Below are positions 35,973 to 45,529 of a stretch of DNA of 64,000 nt, in pieces; position 1 is the stretch's first letter; each line of letters opens with the position of its first letter. The translations under genes and the position numbers were made by a program. Source of the DNA: Tetramitus jugosus (taxonomy: Eukaryota > Protista > Heterolobosea); assembly GCA_937625935.1 (NCBI GenBank), contig OW569354.1, positions 248,001 through 312,000 of the forward strand. The letters are read 5' to 3'. The notes beneath the pieces are model-generated. The model ran no database searches, was not told the DNA's origin, and saw only the letters and a list, made by a program, of their open reading frames with translations.

Positions 35973-36947
35973 ATGAGCCAACCCACTTCTCCCACCATTG
36001 TCACAGATTCATCCACTACTGCCCCAGACAGCCAAATTCAAACAGAAGAAATATTCCAGAAACGATCATCTGAGGATCAAACACCACTAGAACAACAAAG
36101 ACCTCAAGATGCATCTATAGCACCATCCTCTTCTGGAACAGTGTCTCAATATCTTGAAAATCAAGAAATGACTGCATCCACAGGTGATTTGTTATCGAAA
36201 CAGAGACTCTCTTTGGTCAGTAAACCTCTCATTCAGAAGAAGAGACGCTTGCCAACTCACAACAAGGGCAACACTGACACTCTACTCTCTCATTCTGAAC
36301 ACGAGTTGGACAAGCACAGTTTCTCTCATATGCCCGAGGAGAGGACAACAGTTGTAGATCAAGAACTGAACATCATCAAGGGTGATATCAAGGAGGTTGA
36401 AGAGAGTGAAGGTGAATCCACATCTGAAGAGGAAGAGGAAGAGGAAGCAACCGAATCAGAAGAGGAAAGTGAAGAGGACGAAGATGAAACAATGGAAGAA
36501 TCAAACTCTGAGGAAGTGAATGAAGCAGAAGAAGAGAAGGAGAAAACCTCGCCAGAGGAGGAACACCCTCTAGAGAAGAAAAAGTCCTACAAGGAAATGG
36601 GAGTGAAGCTACCAGTGCTCGGTGCCATACCTGTTCTCAGAAAAACGCAATCCATGTCGAGCACGATGATGTCTCATCACAAAGCAGGAGACACCAATGA
36701 CGAGAACCAACAGCAATTGCAGGAAGAAAACCCTATTACCTTTTCCCTGAGAAAAACATCCGATGCTTCCCGAAGTCAACCTGAACCAGCACCGAGTCAA
36801 TCGAGCGAGCCCAATCAAGTCGATTTCAGATCGGTGTTGAAGAAGGTGAATCGACCAGAGCCAACAGAATCTGCAAGTGAAAAACCAACCCCAGAATCTT
36901 GTACTCAAATCGATTTCCGAAGTGTTCTGAAGAAGAGAGAATCCTGA
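35973..36947 (+). CDS. Acidic disordered protein with two DFRSVLKK putative actin-binding motifs
   Basis: 324 aa; Glu-rich centre; QVDFRSVLKK and QIDFRSVLKK near the C-terminus. Confidence 0.75.
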   Translation: MSQPTSPTIVTDSSTTAPDSQIQTEEIFQKRSSEDQTPLEQQRPQDASIAPSSSGTVSQYLENQEMTASTGDLLSKQRLSLVSKPLIQKKRRLPTHNKGNTDTLLSHSEHELDKHSFSHMPEERTTVVDQELNIIKGDIKEVEESEGESTSEEEEEEEATESEEESEEDEDETMEESNSEEVNEAEEEKEKTSPEEEHPLEKKKSYKEMGVKLPVLGAIPVLRKTQSMSSTMMSHHKAGDTNDENQQQLQEENPITFSLRKTSDASRSQPEPAPSQSSEPNQVDFRSVLKKVNRPEPTESASEKPTPESCTQIDFRSVLKKRES

Positions 36948-37310
36948 TCATCAAACGAACTGAACTTATGCACGATGTACCATAAATTATTTATTGTTTT
37001 TGTGTTTGTGTGACCCTAATGCTCCATCACATCAGCAGTGTTCCTATCTGTGTTGCGGCGCACCTCGTAAAACTCATTCAAGATACAGCCCACATTTGGT
37101 CAGTCAATCATTCTTCTGACCATTGAATAATCTCCACCTCGACATTATCCATGATTGTGACATAATTATGTGACATAAATGCGTTGACTACTGCGTGAGA
37201 TCTCCTTGTCCGGATCAAAAATGGTCTTTCAGAAGCCAGCACCTTTGTTCGCGATTGAACATTCAACTACTCTTCCTATCTCTCTCTACCTCATTCCTAA
37301 AGTAGTCTCA

Positions 37311-37952
37311 TCACTGCAACATGAGACTCCTTCTCTCTTCCCACCACTCCAAAATCTTTTTTCGTCGATAGAGTCCATACACTGTCAACCCTATTGTCTC
37401 CAGTATGAGCACTGACAGATTACACAGGAAAGCAATCAACACCAACCGTCCAAACATGAAGTGAACATTTGTTTCTCTCAAATAAGACACCATATCACTC
37501 CTGTACGCATCATAATAGCAAGTCACTCTCTGATTGACTGAATACAGGGCAAATTTCGATCCCATTTTGAATTGATTGTGCGTCATGGCAGTCACTTCTT
37601 CACCATTCATTAGATTCTTGTATTTGACGAGTCCTCTGCACAAATTGACACCACCACTATCACTCGAAATGTTGTTGTGAACATGTTGAGTCCTCTCAAT
37701 CATTGCAGTCATTGAGCAATTGACGAGTGGATTCATGACAATGCACTCCAATGCCTCTGTTTCAATCTTGTAGTAAACAGGATTGTGATAACCTTGTTTT
37801 TGAGAGGATGGTCGACTCTCATACATGTGAAAAAACACCATTCCAAGTGTAATGATGGCACTAATGACAATCACAATGGCAATGTTGATGACAATGAGCT
37901 TTGCAACCAGAATGCTCAACGGATCTCTGTTCAAATAATTCCGAAGCTTCAT
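37311..37952 (-). CDS. Two-TM membrane protein with Cys-containing extracellular loop
   Basis: TM1 (LIVINIAIVIVISAIITLGMVFF), loop with four Cys ending VTCYYD, TM2 (LVLIAFLCNLSVLILETIGLTVYGLY). Confidence 0.7.
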   Translation of the reverse strand: MKLRNYLNRDPLSILVAKLIVINIAIVIVISAIITLGMVFFHMYESRPSSQKQGYHNPVYYKIETEALECIVMNPLVNCSMTAMIERTQHVHNNISSDSGGVNLCRGLVKYKNLMNGEEVTAMTHNQFKMGSKFALYSVNQRVTCYYDAYRSDMVSYLRETNVHFMFGRLVLIAFLCNLSVLILETIGLTVYGLYRRKKILEWWEERRSLMLQ

Positions 37953-38469
37953 GATGGCGATATATTGTTGATGATTGTTTTTTTGTTTTATTGTGTGCGT
38001 GCTCGTATTCTGATGACATAAAATGTTCTTGGACCGCACCCAACAATGCTTTTGATGAGTGTGTGGATTCCGCGCATGTTTGGCTTTGGGCGAAAGCAAT
38101 CGGAATTCTTTTTCACCGCTTCGAGGAACAATAATAATTCACACTGGAATGTGATCCCTCTCTTGAAGATGGAAACAACAAGAAGAGGAATGACATTCCC
38201 AGAAGAATGAATCCTGTGACAATGTACCCATCACTGAAAATTGTTCTTCTATGACATCTTTTTTGATAACTTCCGGGATAAATTAGGTGTTGAATTTGAA
38301 ACTAAATTACCCAGTAATTTTAGGGTTGATTTTAAGATAGATCAATCATGGTGTGGGTGATGGGTGTATGCTAACATTTTCAGTCGGTTTGAAACCCAGG
38401 ATGAACCACTAATTCCAATCAGCACATAACAACCCATCTCTTTTACAACAATCCGATTACAACCGAGTT

Positions 38470-39054
38470 ATGGCCACTTCTCCTCTGAGCGCTCAACAAC
38501 AAGACTATCACTTTTCGACTCTGAGACCCAAGAAACGTTCGAGTTTTGTTTCTCTACCTGACAAAGCCAGTTTTCCATCCGGTTTCCAACCTGCTTTCCT
38601 GACCACTCAACTCGCAAGGAATGCTCGACCTTCTCCCTTGTTCCCCAATCTCTCCGTCTATGAATTGCAGAGAGCATGGGAGAAGACATTGGACTATCAC
38701 TATGGAAAGAGATTTTCTCTTCTATCCAATCCGACTGACCTGTGTTCCGTGTATCGATTCAAACAACACTTCTTCTCAAGACCGTACTACATTATTGTTC
38801 AATTCATGCAATTGAATGAACAGGAGACCACAATGGCTCTCTATGTTCATTCTCAGTTCCGAATGCGGAATCACTCGAGTAAAGTCGGAGAGTTTGGTAG
38901 TCGTCTCGTTCGACAATTCAGAGAAGAAATCAAGGACTCCTTCACAACCACAAACGCTTCAAACAACTTGATTGTTCCTGTTCAAACCATAGACACAAAC
39001 CACCACGAAGCAGGATCGACCTTTGATGATCTCACTACAAGAACCGATGCATGA
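38470..39054 (+). CDS. DUF1499-like protein
   Basis: FSTL.P...SPLFP.LS..ELQRAW...FFSRPYYIIVQF...TTMALYVHS...G..G.R.V follows the layout I recall for bacterial DUF1499. Confidence 0.5.
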   Translation: MATSPLSAQQQDYHFSTLRPKKRSSFVSLPDKASFPSGFQPAFLTTQLARNARPSPLFPNLSVYELQRAWEKTLDYHYGKRFSLLSNPTDLCSVYRFKQHFFSRPYYIIVQFMQLNEQETTMALYVHSQFRMRNHSSKVGEFGSRLVRQFREEIKDSFTTTNASNNLIVPVQTIDTNHHEAGSTFDDLTTRTDA

Positions 39055-39190
39055 TGACCATTCATGCATCACACCATACAACACCAGAAAATAAAGGAAA
39101 AACAACAGAACTCGACTTCTCCTCGCAGCGGAATTTTTGTTGTCAACGATAAATTTCACACAAAACAGCATTCCACACAACAAATCAATA

Positions 39191-40534
39191 ATGAATGCAA
39201 ACACTGAGCTCTATTGGAAAAAATTGGTTGATATAGTGACTGCTGCTGCTGCTGCCTCTGACAACAATGATGAATCCAATCATGACAAATTCATGAGCAT
39301 TTTGAGATTGTGGTGCTCATTCAACAATGAAGAACAAGATGAACAAATGTTGTTCAACAATAGCAATAATCATAGTCATAATCATGGTGGTATTCATCCA
39401 TTGATTACGAGAACAAATTCAGAGTGTCAAGATGAAATCATTGCGGACATGAGAGACCATTTGGAGAAGCTTGCAACAATGAATGCAAATGATGATACGA
39501 CTATGGTGAGTGATACGACAGTTGATAGAGTAAGGATTGAGAAATGGTTGTGCACATGGGCCATTCAATTCAGTTACATTGAATATGGAGTGGATTTTGA
39601 TTTGGTTCATGACACTTTGAAAGAATTGATGATGATGATGATGATGCATGAACAACAACGAGAACAGCAGCAGCAGGAACAAGAGAAGCAGCAATGGTTG
39701 CGACTAATTGTGTGCATGTATGATTGCTTGTTGGGCCAAGCGTACTATTCAGAGTATCAATACGAGGAATCTGTGGATTATTTGAGTCGAGCAATCGAAT
39801 TGGATCCCGTGTTTCAAAGTGCTATCTTTTACCGGTCACAAGCCAATCAACAACTCAAGAATTATGATTTGGCATTGAATGATCTCACTACACTTATTGA
39901 ACAAACAAGCAGAGATGATAAAGTTGAGAGAGACATGTTGTTTTATGTGGAACATCGTGCAAATCTTTATCTATTGATGTCAGACAAGTACTCTGAATCG
40001 ATTGCTGATTTTTGTGTACTGATAGACAAGACGACAACAACAGGCAATCAATATTTTGTGGACTCACTGTGGTATCACAACAGAGGCAGAGCATATGATC
40101 AGAATAAGCGGTACAGAGAGGCTAATGATGATTATACGTGCTACTTGAAATTGATCAACAACGACGCCAACAATTGGCTCTATGTGCCCACTTTGCTCTA
40201 TAGAGGATCCACATTCTTACGATTGAAACAATACGCTGAAGCAATTGCTGATCTCAATGTCGTAATCGACAAGAAACCAAACGCATTTTCTGCGATCATG
40301 TACCGTGGTACAGCTGCAATGGCGAGCGCGGATTACAACCAGGCTGTGAATGACTTCTCAAGATTGATCCAAGCCGATGAAAACAATCATTTTGCTTTGT
40401 ATCAGAGAGCCATCGCCCAAGGTCAGCTAGGCAATGTTGACAAGGCAAAAGAGGATGTAGTCATGGCTCTTCGATTAGTTCCAAACAACAAGGCATATGA
40501 AAACTTATTGCAGAAACTGGTTGCTTTGCAATAA
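39191..40534 (+). CDS. TPR-repeat protein
   Basis: About 7 TPRs (YLSRAIELDP, YHNRGRAY, YRGSTFLRLKQYAEAIADL, ALRLVPNN). Confidence 0.92.
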   Translation: MNANTELYWKKLVDIVTAAAAASDNNDESNHDKFMSILRLWCSFNNEEQDEQMLFNNSNNHSHNHGGIHPLITRTNSECQDEIIADMRDHLEKLATMNANDDTTMVSDTTVDRVRIEKWLCTWAIQFSYIEYGVDFDLVHDTLKELMMMMMMHEQQREQQQQEQEKQQWLRLIVCMYDCLLGQAYYSEYQYEESVDYLSRAIELDPVFQSAIFYRSQANQQLKNYDLALNDLTTLIEQTSRDDKVERDMLFYVEHRANLYLLMSDKYSESIADFCVLIDKTTTTGNQYFVDSLWYHNRGRAYDQNKRYREANDDYTCYLKLINNDANNWLYVPTLLYRGSTFLRLKQYAEAIADLNVVIDKKPNAFSAIMYRGTAAMASADYNQAVNDFSRLIQADENNHFALYQRAIAQGQLGNVDKAKEDVVMALRLVPNNKAYENLLQKLVALQ

Positions 40535-40556
40535 AAACCCTAATTTATTAGAGTTG

Positions 40557-43249
40557 TTAATTGAAGTCAAATAGACGCACGGAAGTGTCTGTTGAGCAAG
40601 AAACTAATTGCCACGAGTATTGGTCATTCTCCTTCTTGATTTGTCTCCATTGAAGTCGTCTGACAGTTTCAACATGACACAGTTGTGGCTCAATCTTACA
40701 AACAATCTCTGGAGTGGTTCCATCAACAATTGTGCAGATAACAATATTACCGTCTTCAAGACCCACAGCAAACAAATATTGATGCTCTGGCACAACATGT
40801 CCATACTTCTTAAAATCAACAAATTCACAAGCAGTAACTGGGCTGTCGAATGACATCTTTGCAAGTAGAGGGAATGGAGAAACAGACTTCTTCTTCTTTG
40901 GCTTGTCATCTGATTCCTCATCAGTTATCTTGCTTGCAGATGCAAGATAGATCTTCTTTGCTTCTTCGATGTTGTCCATCTTCCAAATCTTCACAGTCTT
41001 ATCTCTTGATCCAGTGATGACAAAGTTGTTGTCATAACTCCATGAACAGCCCCACACAATTCTCTCATGTGCCTTCGATTTAATCACTGGAGTGTAGGTG
41101 ATGCCACCATTTTGTAGCTCTTGTTGCTCATACATGATAAGATGACGATCTCTGGAAACACTGATCATGTACTTGTCGTTTGGTGAGAATGAAATTTGAG
41201 TGACAGTTAGGGAGTGTCCTTGAAGCACATCCAATTGGCGCCAAGTGTTTGTGTCCCACAGACGAATAGCGGCAACATCGGCTGTCTTTGCCTTGCAGGC
41301 AGAAGCAATGATAGAACCTTTGTTATTGGAAGAGACACATACCAACTCATTTGCATGACCATACAACTTTTGAGTTTCTGGCCATAGAGTATTTTGTAGC
41401 AGAGTTTGTTCAAACGGTGGTTGTTCAAGCGTAACTGGAACGAACACACTTTCATCATCCTCATCCATAATACTTCTAAATTCGTGCTTCGTATTAGGAT
41501 CTTGCTCACCAGATTGAATAGGCTTATTGGACAAACCAAGAGCAGGAACAGATGCTCCCAATGCTCTGTCAACAGTCATATCGGATTGAACACCAGAAAT
41601 ATTTTGCAAACTTTGCAAGAAGCTCGCAGGTGCTTCAAATACTCTCAACACCTTCTCATCAGCACCAGTCACCAACACATGTTCCTTCTCAGCATTCACA
41701 AAAGTCATACACATCAAGTCATAACCATGAATTTGTGGTCTTCCAATCTCGTGCCAAGAGTTTTGATTGTGTACCCATGGAGCAAAGAGACGAGTCGTCT
41801 GATCCACAGATGTACTAACAAAATAGTTTTGATGTGGATCCCACGAGCAATCCATAACAGCGTTTGCATGACCAGAAATACTGACTCGGGGGACCCATTC
41901 ATTTGTCTCTGTTTCATACTTCCACAAATGGAAGCTACCGTGGTATCCATGACCCATGACCATTGTTCCACCTGGTGCAAAATAACCTCCAAAGTAACCC
42001 ATTTGTCCAAACAAACCACTCAATCCACCAAACTCACCCATTCTGACCTTATCGATCCAAATACCGGATTCTGCGTGAGGTTCCCATATCATCATAGTTC
42101 TATCCATGCTGCTCGTGAGCAATTGAAGAGGTTGAGTCACCACTCCAGTTGTTTCATCCTTAATCTTTGGATGCCAGTTCACAGAATGAACCCAATCTTC
42201 ATGACCAGTCAACAACGCTTCGAAAATAACAGAATAACTCAATTCACTTTGATCAGCAACTCGAATGATATGACCAGACTTGGACAGAGCCATTCCCTTC
42301 TTGTTGCCCACTACCTTTCGACTATCGCTTGACAATAAACTGTTTTCACTTGGGTCATTGATTTGACTACTGCCATTTTGTTGCAGCTTTGAAAACTTCC
42401 AAAGTCTCACTCTATAGTCCTGACTGGCACTGGCCAACATGACACTACCATCGTCCAATGTTGTGAATTCCATGGCTCTAATCCAATCCTCATGACCCTG
42501 CAACACACAAGCTTGCTTGAACTCAGTGTACTCTTGATTGATTGTGTTCATAGGCAAATACACGTGAATCACAAAATCCAATCCACCAGTAACGACACAA
42601 GGAATCGATGAATTTGGCAAAAAACTCAATGCACAACTCTCCATCATCTTGTTTCCAAATGAGAGAACACTGTTCAACACAAATGATTCACTATTGTTGT
42701 TGTTACTATTGTTACTATTTCTTCTGCTCCAAATTGAAACTGTTCCATCAGCACTCGTGCATCCAATAAAGGAACACTCGGTATTCGAAATGACAGAAAC
42801 ACTGGTTACGCTCTGAGAATGATTCTTCAACACTTGATGTGATTCATATTGAAAGCTTTCCTTGTTCAGTGTCCACACAATCAACAAACCATCGACACCA
42901 ACGGAAACCAATTGATGTTCATGACCAAAATTCGAATCAGAGTCATGTGGTATCCATCGCACACCATTTACTCTCTCCAAATGACCCTTCAATGTCGCAA
43001 TCACCTTATTTTTCTGTCACATTGTGGTAGGTATCAAAAATGATGATGATGATTAGTACATCAAACTCACATGGAAACAAACAACCAATAGGGAAAAAAA
43101 GGAGGAACATATATGATTGCACGTACGATTGGATCATAGAGGGCAACGAATTTTTGAGCGGCGTATGCAAAAATGTTGTTTTTTCCCCATTGAGAACAAC
43201 CAGCAATACGGTTGCAACCTATTGAGATGAATGACAGTTCTGGATTCAT
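40557..43249 (-). CDS. ELP2: Elongator complex protein 2 (2 exons: 43249-43127, 43013-40557)
   Basis: WD40 protein with GHEDWIR, WHEIGRPQIHGYD, GADEKVLRVF, ASVPALGLSNK and TLWPETQKLYGH. Exon 1 (FISIGCNR) joined through a 113-nt GTACGT...TACTAAT...CAG intron. Confidence 0.96.
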
Positions 43250-43581
43250 TATTATATTGTGTTCGTTTTTTTCACTGTGCGTCTTTGAGCTCTAATTGTG
43301 AATCAAATTTGGTTTTGTGTGTTCAAATCCCTTGTTTTTCTTCATCTTTCGGCGAAAATGCCACTTCAATCGAGTGCATGAACTGCATGGAACAAATTGA
43401 ATCTACCCGCAAAAGAAGCCCGCGTCGGATTTCATTTTCCTTGTTGACTCGTCGGCCTTTCCAAAACTGTCGTTTAGCTTCGAATGCTATCCAGCTGCAT
43501 TTCGCTGTTGGGAGCTCAATTCACAGTTGTGTGGAAACAACAATTAACCACCACCAACAACAACAAACAAGAGAGAAGACC

Positions 43582-44607
43582 ATGGCATCCATAACGACAA
43601 CAACAGACACAGCGCTCATCAGTGGCAGCAGCAATACAACGGGCAAACAAGCCAACCATCAGCAGAACAATAACAACAACCAGGTGCTTTCAGAGTTCAT
43701 GGGTGGTACGATGGGAGGCTTATGTGGAGTCATTTGTGGTCATCCTGCCGATACGATACGTGTTCGGCTTCAGAACAACAATGGACATCAATTCAAGGGA
43801 TTTTGGGACTGTGCAAGACAAACTGTTCTCAAAGAGAGAATAGGTGCACTGTACAAGGGACTTTTGCCTCCACTGGTTGGTGAAACTTTTAATAATTGTG
43901 TTCTGTTTGGTGTGTACGGTTATTTGAAACCCTTTCAGGAACAATTCTCAAGAAAGAATGCTCAGCAACAAGGCAATGAACATCAGTATTCGATATACAA
44001 GGACCTTGGGTCAGTTGCATTGAGTGGAGCCATTGCCGGTTTGAGCATTTCATTGATAGTTTGCCCCACGGAATTGGTGAAGATTCAATTCCAGAACAAT
44101 ACAACCGTTGTCAAGGAGACCATATGGCAATGCATAAGGCGGTGTCAAACTGAGAAGAACAATCGATTCATGTCAGGTCTCTTTCACGGTTTTTGTTCCA
44201 CGATATACAGAGAGATTGCATTCGGTTCCAGCTACTTTTTATTCTATGAATCTTCAAAGAGAATATTGGCACACTTACAATATAATGACAGTACAGCAAC
44301 GGATCGACTAGGCATGTTGTCTCTACTGTTGTCAGGTGGAACGGCGGGCACTAGTGCCTGGGCATTGGCCTATCCAACTGATTATATTAAATCTCGTGTT
44401 CAGGCCAACACGAGTATGAACACGAGAAAGGTGCTCAAGGAATTGTATCAACACAATAAGATGAGTGGAGTTCGATTGGCGTACACTGGCTTCCTACCGA
44501 CAGTGCTCAGGGCATTCCCTGTCAATGCCATTACATTCCTCACGTATGAATATGTTGTTGGTGTATTAAACAACAACAACAATAACAGCAATAAGAGTGA
44601 GCGATGA
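43582..44607 (+). CDS. Mitochondrial carrier (SLC25), carnitine/basic amino acid-type
   Basis: Three PxDxx[K/R] signatures (HPADTIRVRLQ, CPTELVKIQFQ, YPTDYIKSRVQ), plus YREI and LRAFPVNA. Confidence 0.93.
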   Translation: MASITTTTDTALISGSSNTTGKQANHQQNNNNNQVLSEFMGGTMGGLCGVICGHPADTIRVRLQNNNGHQFKGFWDCARQTVLKERIGALYKGLLPPLVGETFNNCVLFGVYGYLKPFQEQFSRKNAQQQGNEHQYSIYKDLGSVALSGAIAGLSISLIVCPTELVKIQFQNNTTVVKETIWQCIRRCQTEKNNRFMSGLFHGFCSTIYREIAFGSSYFLFYESSKRILAHLQYNDSTATDRLGMLSLLLSGGTAGTSAWALAYPTDYIKSRVQANTSMNTRKVLKELYQHNKMSGVRLAYTGFLPTVLRAFPVNAITFLTYEYVVGVLNNNNNNSNKSER

Positions 44608-44642
44608 TCTCAGCAGAGTAACAATCAAGATCATCTTGCTCA

Positions 44643-45395
44643 TCAAATAAAATCATTTTGATTGACTACTCTTGCATTCTGCTTCAAATATTGAATCAAG
44701 TATTGAAAACTGGATAGTATTCCACCACTTCCATTGGCTACATTCATCTCCTTCATAAAAAATAACTCATTTCTCGTCATCATCCTCTCAATAATCCCTT
44801 GTGTCTGTTCCGTAAACAACCGATCCAATTCTCCGTTTTCCTTCCGTTCTTGACCCTTCCAATTGAAAATGATCATCATGGGGACATGATTCAATTGTTC
44901 ATGATTGGAAAGTTGGTCAATTTTTTGAACATCTGCTCGTATCGAGTCCATATCATCCGAATCATAATCAATCAAGTATATGATGGCATGACAATCTGCA
45001 TAGTAGTCATCCCAAATGGGTTGAAGGTCCAATTGTCCACCTAGATCCCACATGACAATATTCGAATCGTCACACATGAATTTGATGACGTTTAATCCCA
45101 CTGTTGGAGCATAGGGTGATGCATCTACGACACTTGTTGTTGTTGATGGATTGCTCATGTTTTCAGTAGTATTCGTGGTGGTCATACTTGTCGTATTGAT
45201 TTGAAAGCTAAGATTCTTCTTCTGATTGTTGTTGTTGTTGGTTTGATGGTTGTTTGAGTGTGTTGATGACGATAACAGTTGTTTGAGTGTGTTGGTGAAT
45301 GTTGTTTTTCCTGATTTTGCATTGCCTAGTACGAGTATGTTGAACTGAGACCGTTGGGTCATAAATTGATACATGCCTTGAACAAGTGAGAACAT
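44643..45395 (-). CDS. ARFRP1: ARFRP1/yeast Arl3-like small GTPase (divergent)
   Basis: N-terminus MFSLVQGMYQF, GNAKSGKTT, PTVGLNV and WDLGGQ..LQ.IWD.YY; G4 reads NWKG. Confidence 0.8.
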   Translation of the reverse strand: MFSLVQGMYQFMTQRSQFNILVLGNAKSGKTTFTNTLKQLLSSSTHSNNHQTNNNNNQKKNLSFQINTTSMTTTNTTENMSNPSTTTSVVDASPYAPTVGLNVIKFMCDDSNIVMWDLGGQLDLQPIWDDYYADCHAIIYLIDYDSDDMDSIRADVQKIDQLSNHEQLNHVPMMIIFNWKGQERKENGELDRLFTEQTQGIIERMMTRNELFFMKEMNVANGSGGILSSFQYLIQYLKQNARVVNQNDFI

Positions 45396-45529
45396 GCTTG
45401 GTTTTTTTTGTTTGGTTGCTCGTTGTTTTTTTGATTCTGGTTTTGTGGGATGCAATTTTGGGTGATGGATCTTTCATGAAAGATTTGGGAGCAAAGTGTG
45501 ATGTCTCTTTACTGTGTTGCTTGGTATAT

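Noticed and set aside
41406-42332. 308-aa plus-strand ORF, and similar shadows at 10727-11377 and 18795-19445
   Set aside because: Antisense to well-conserved genes, with no motifs of their own
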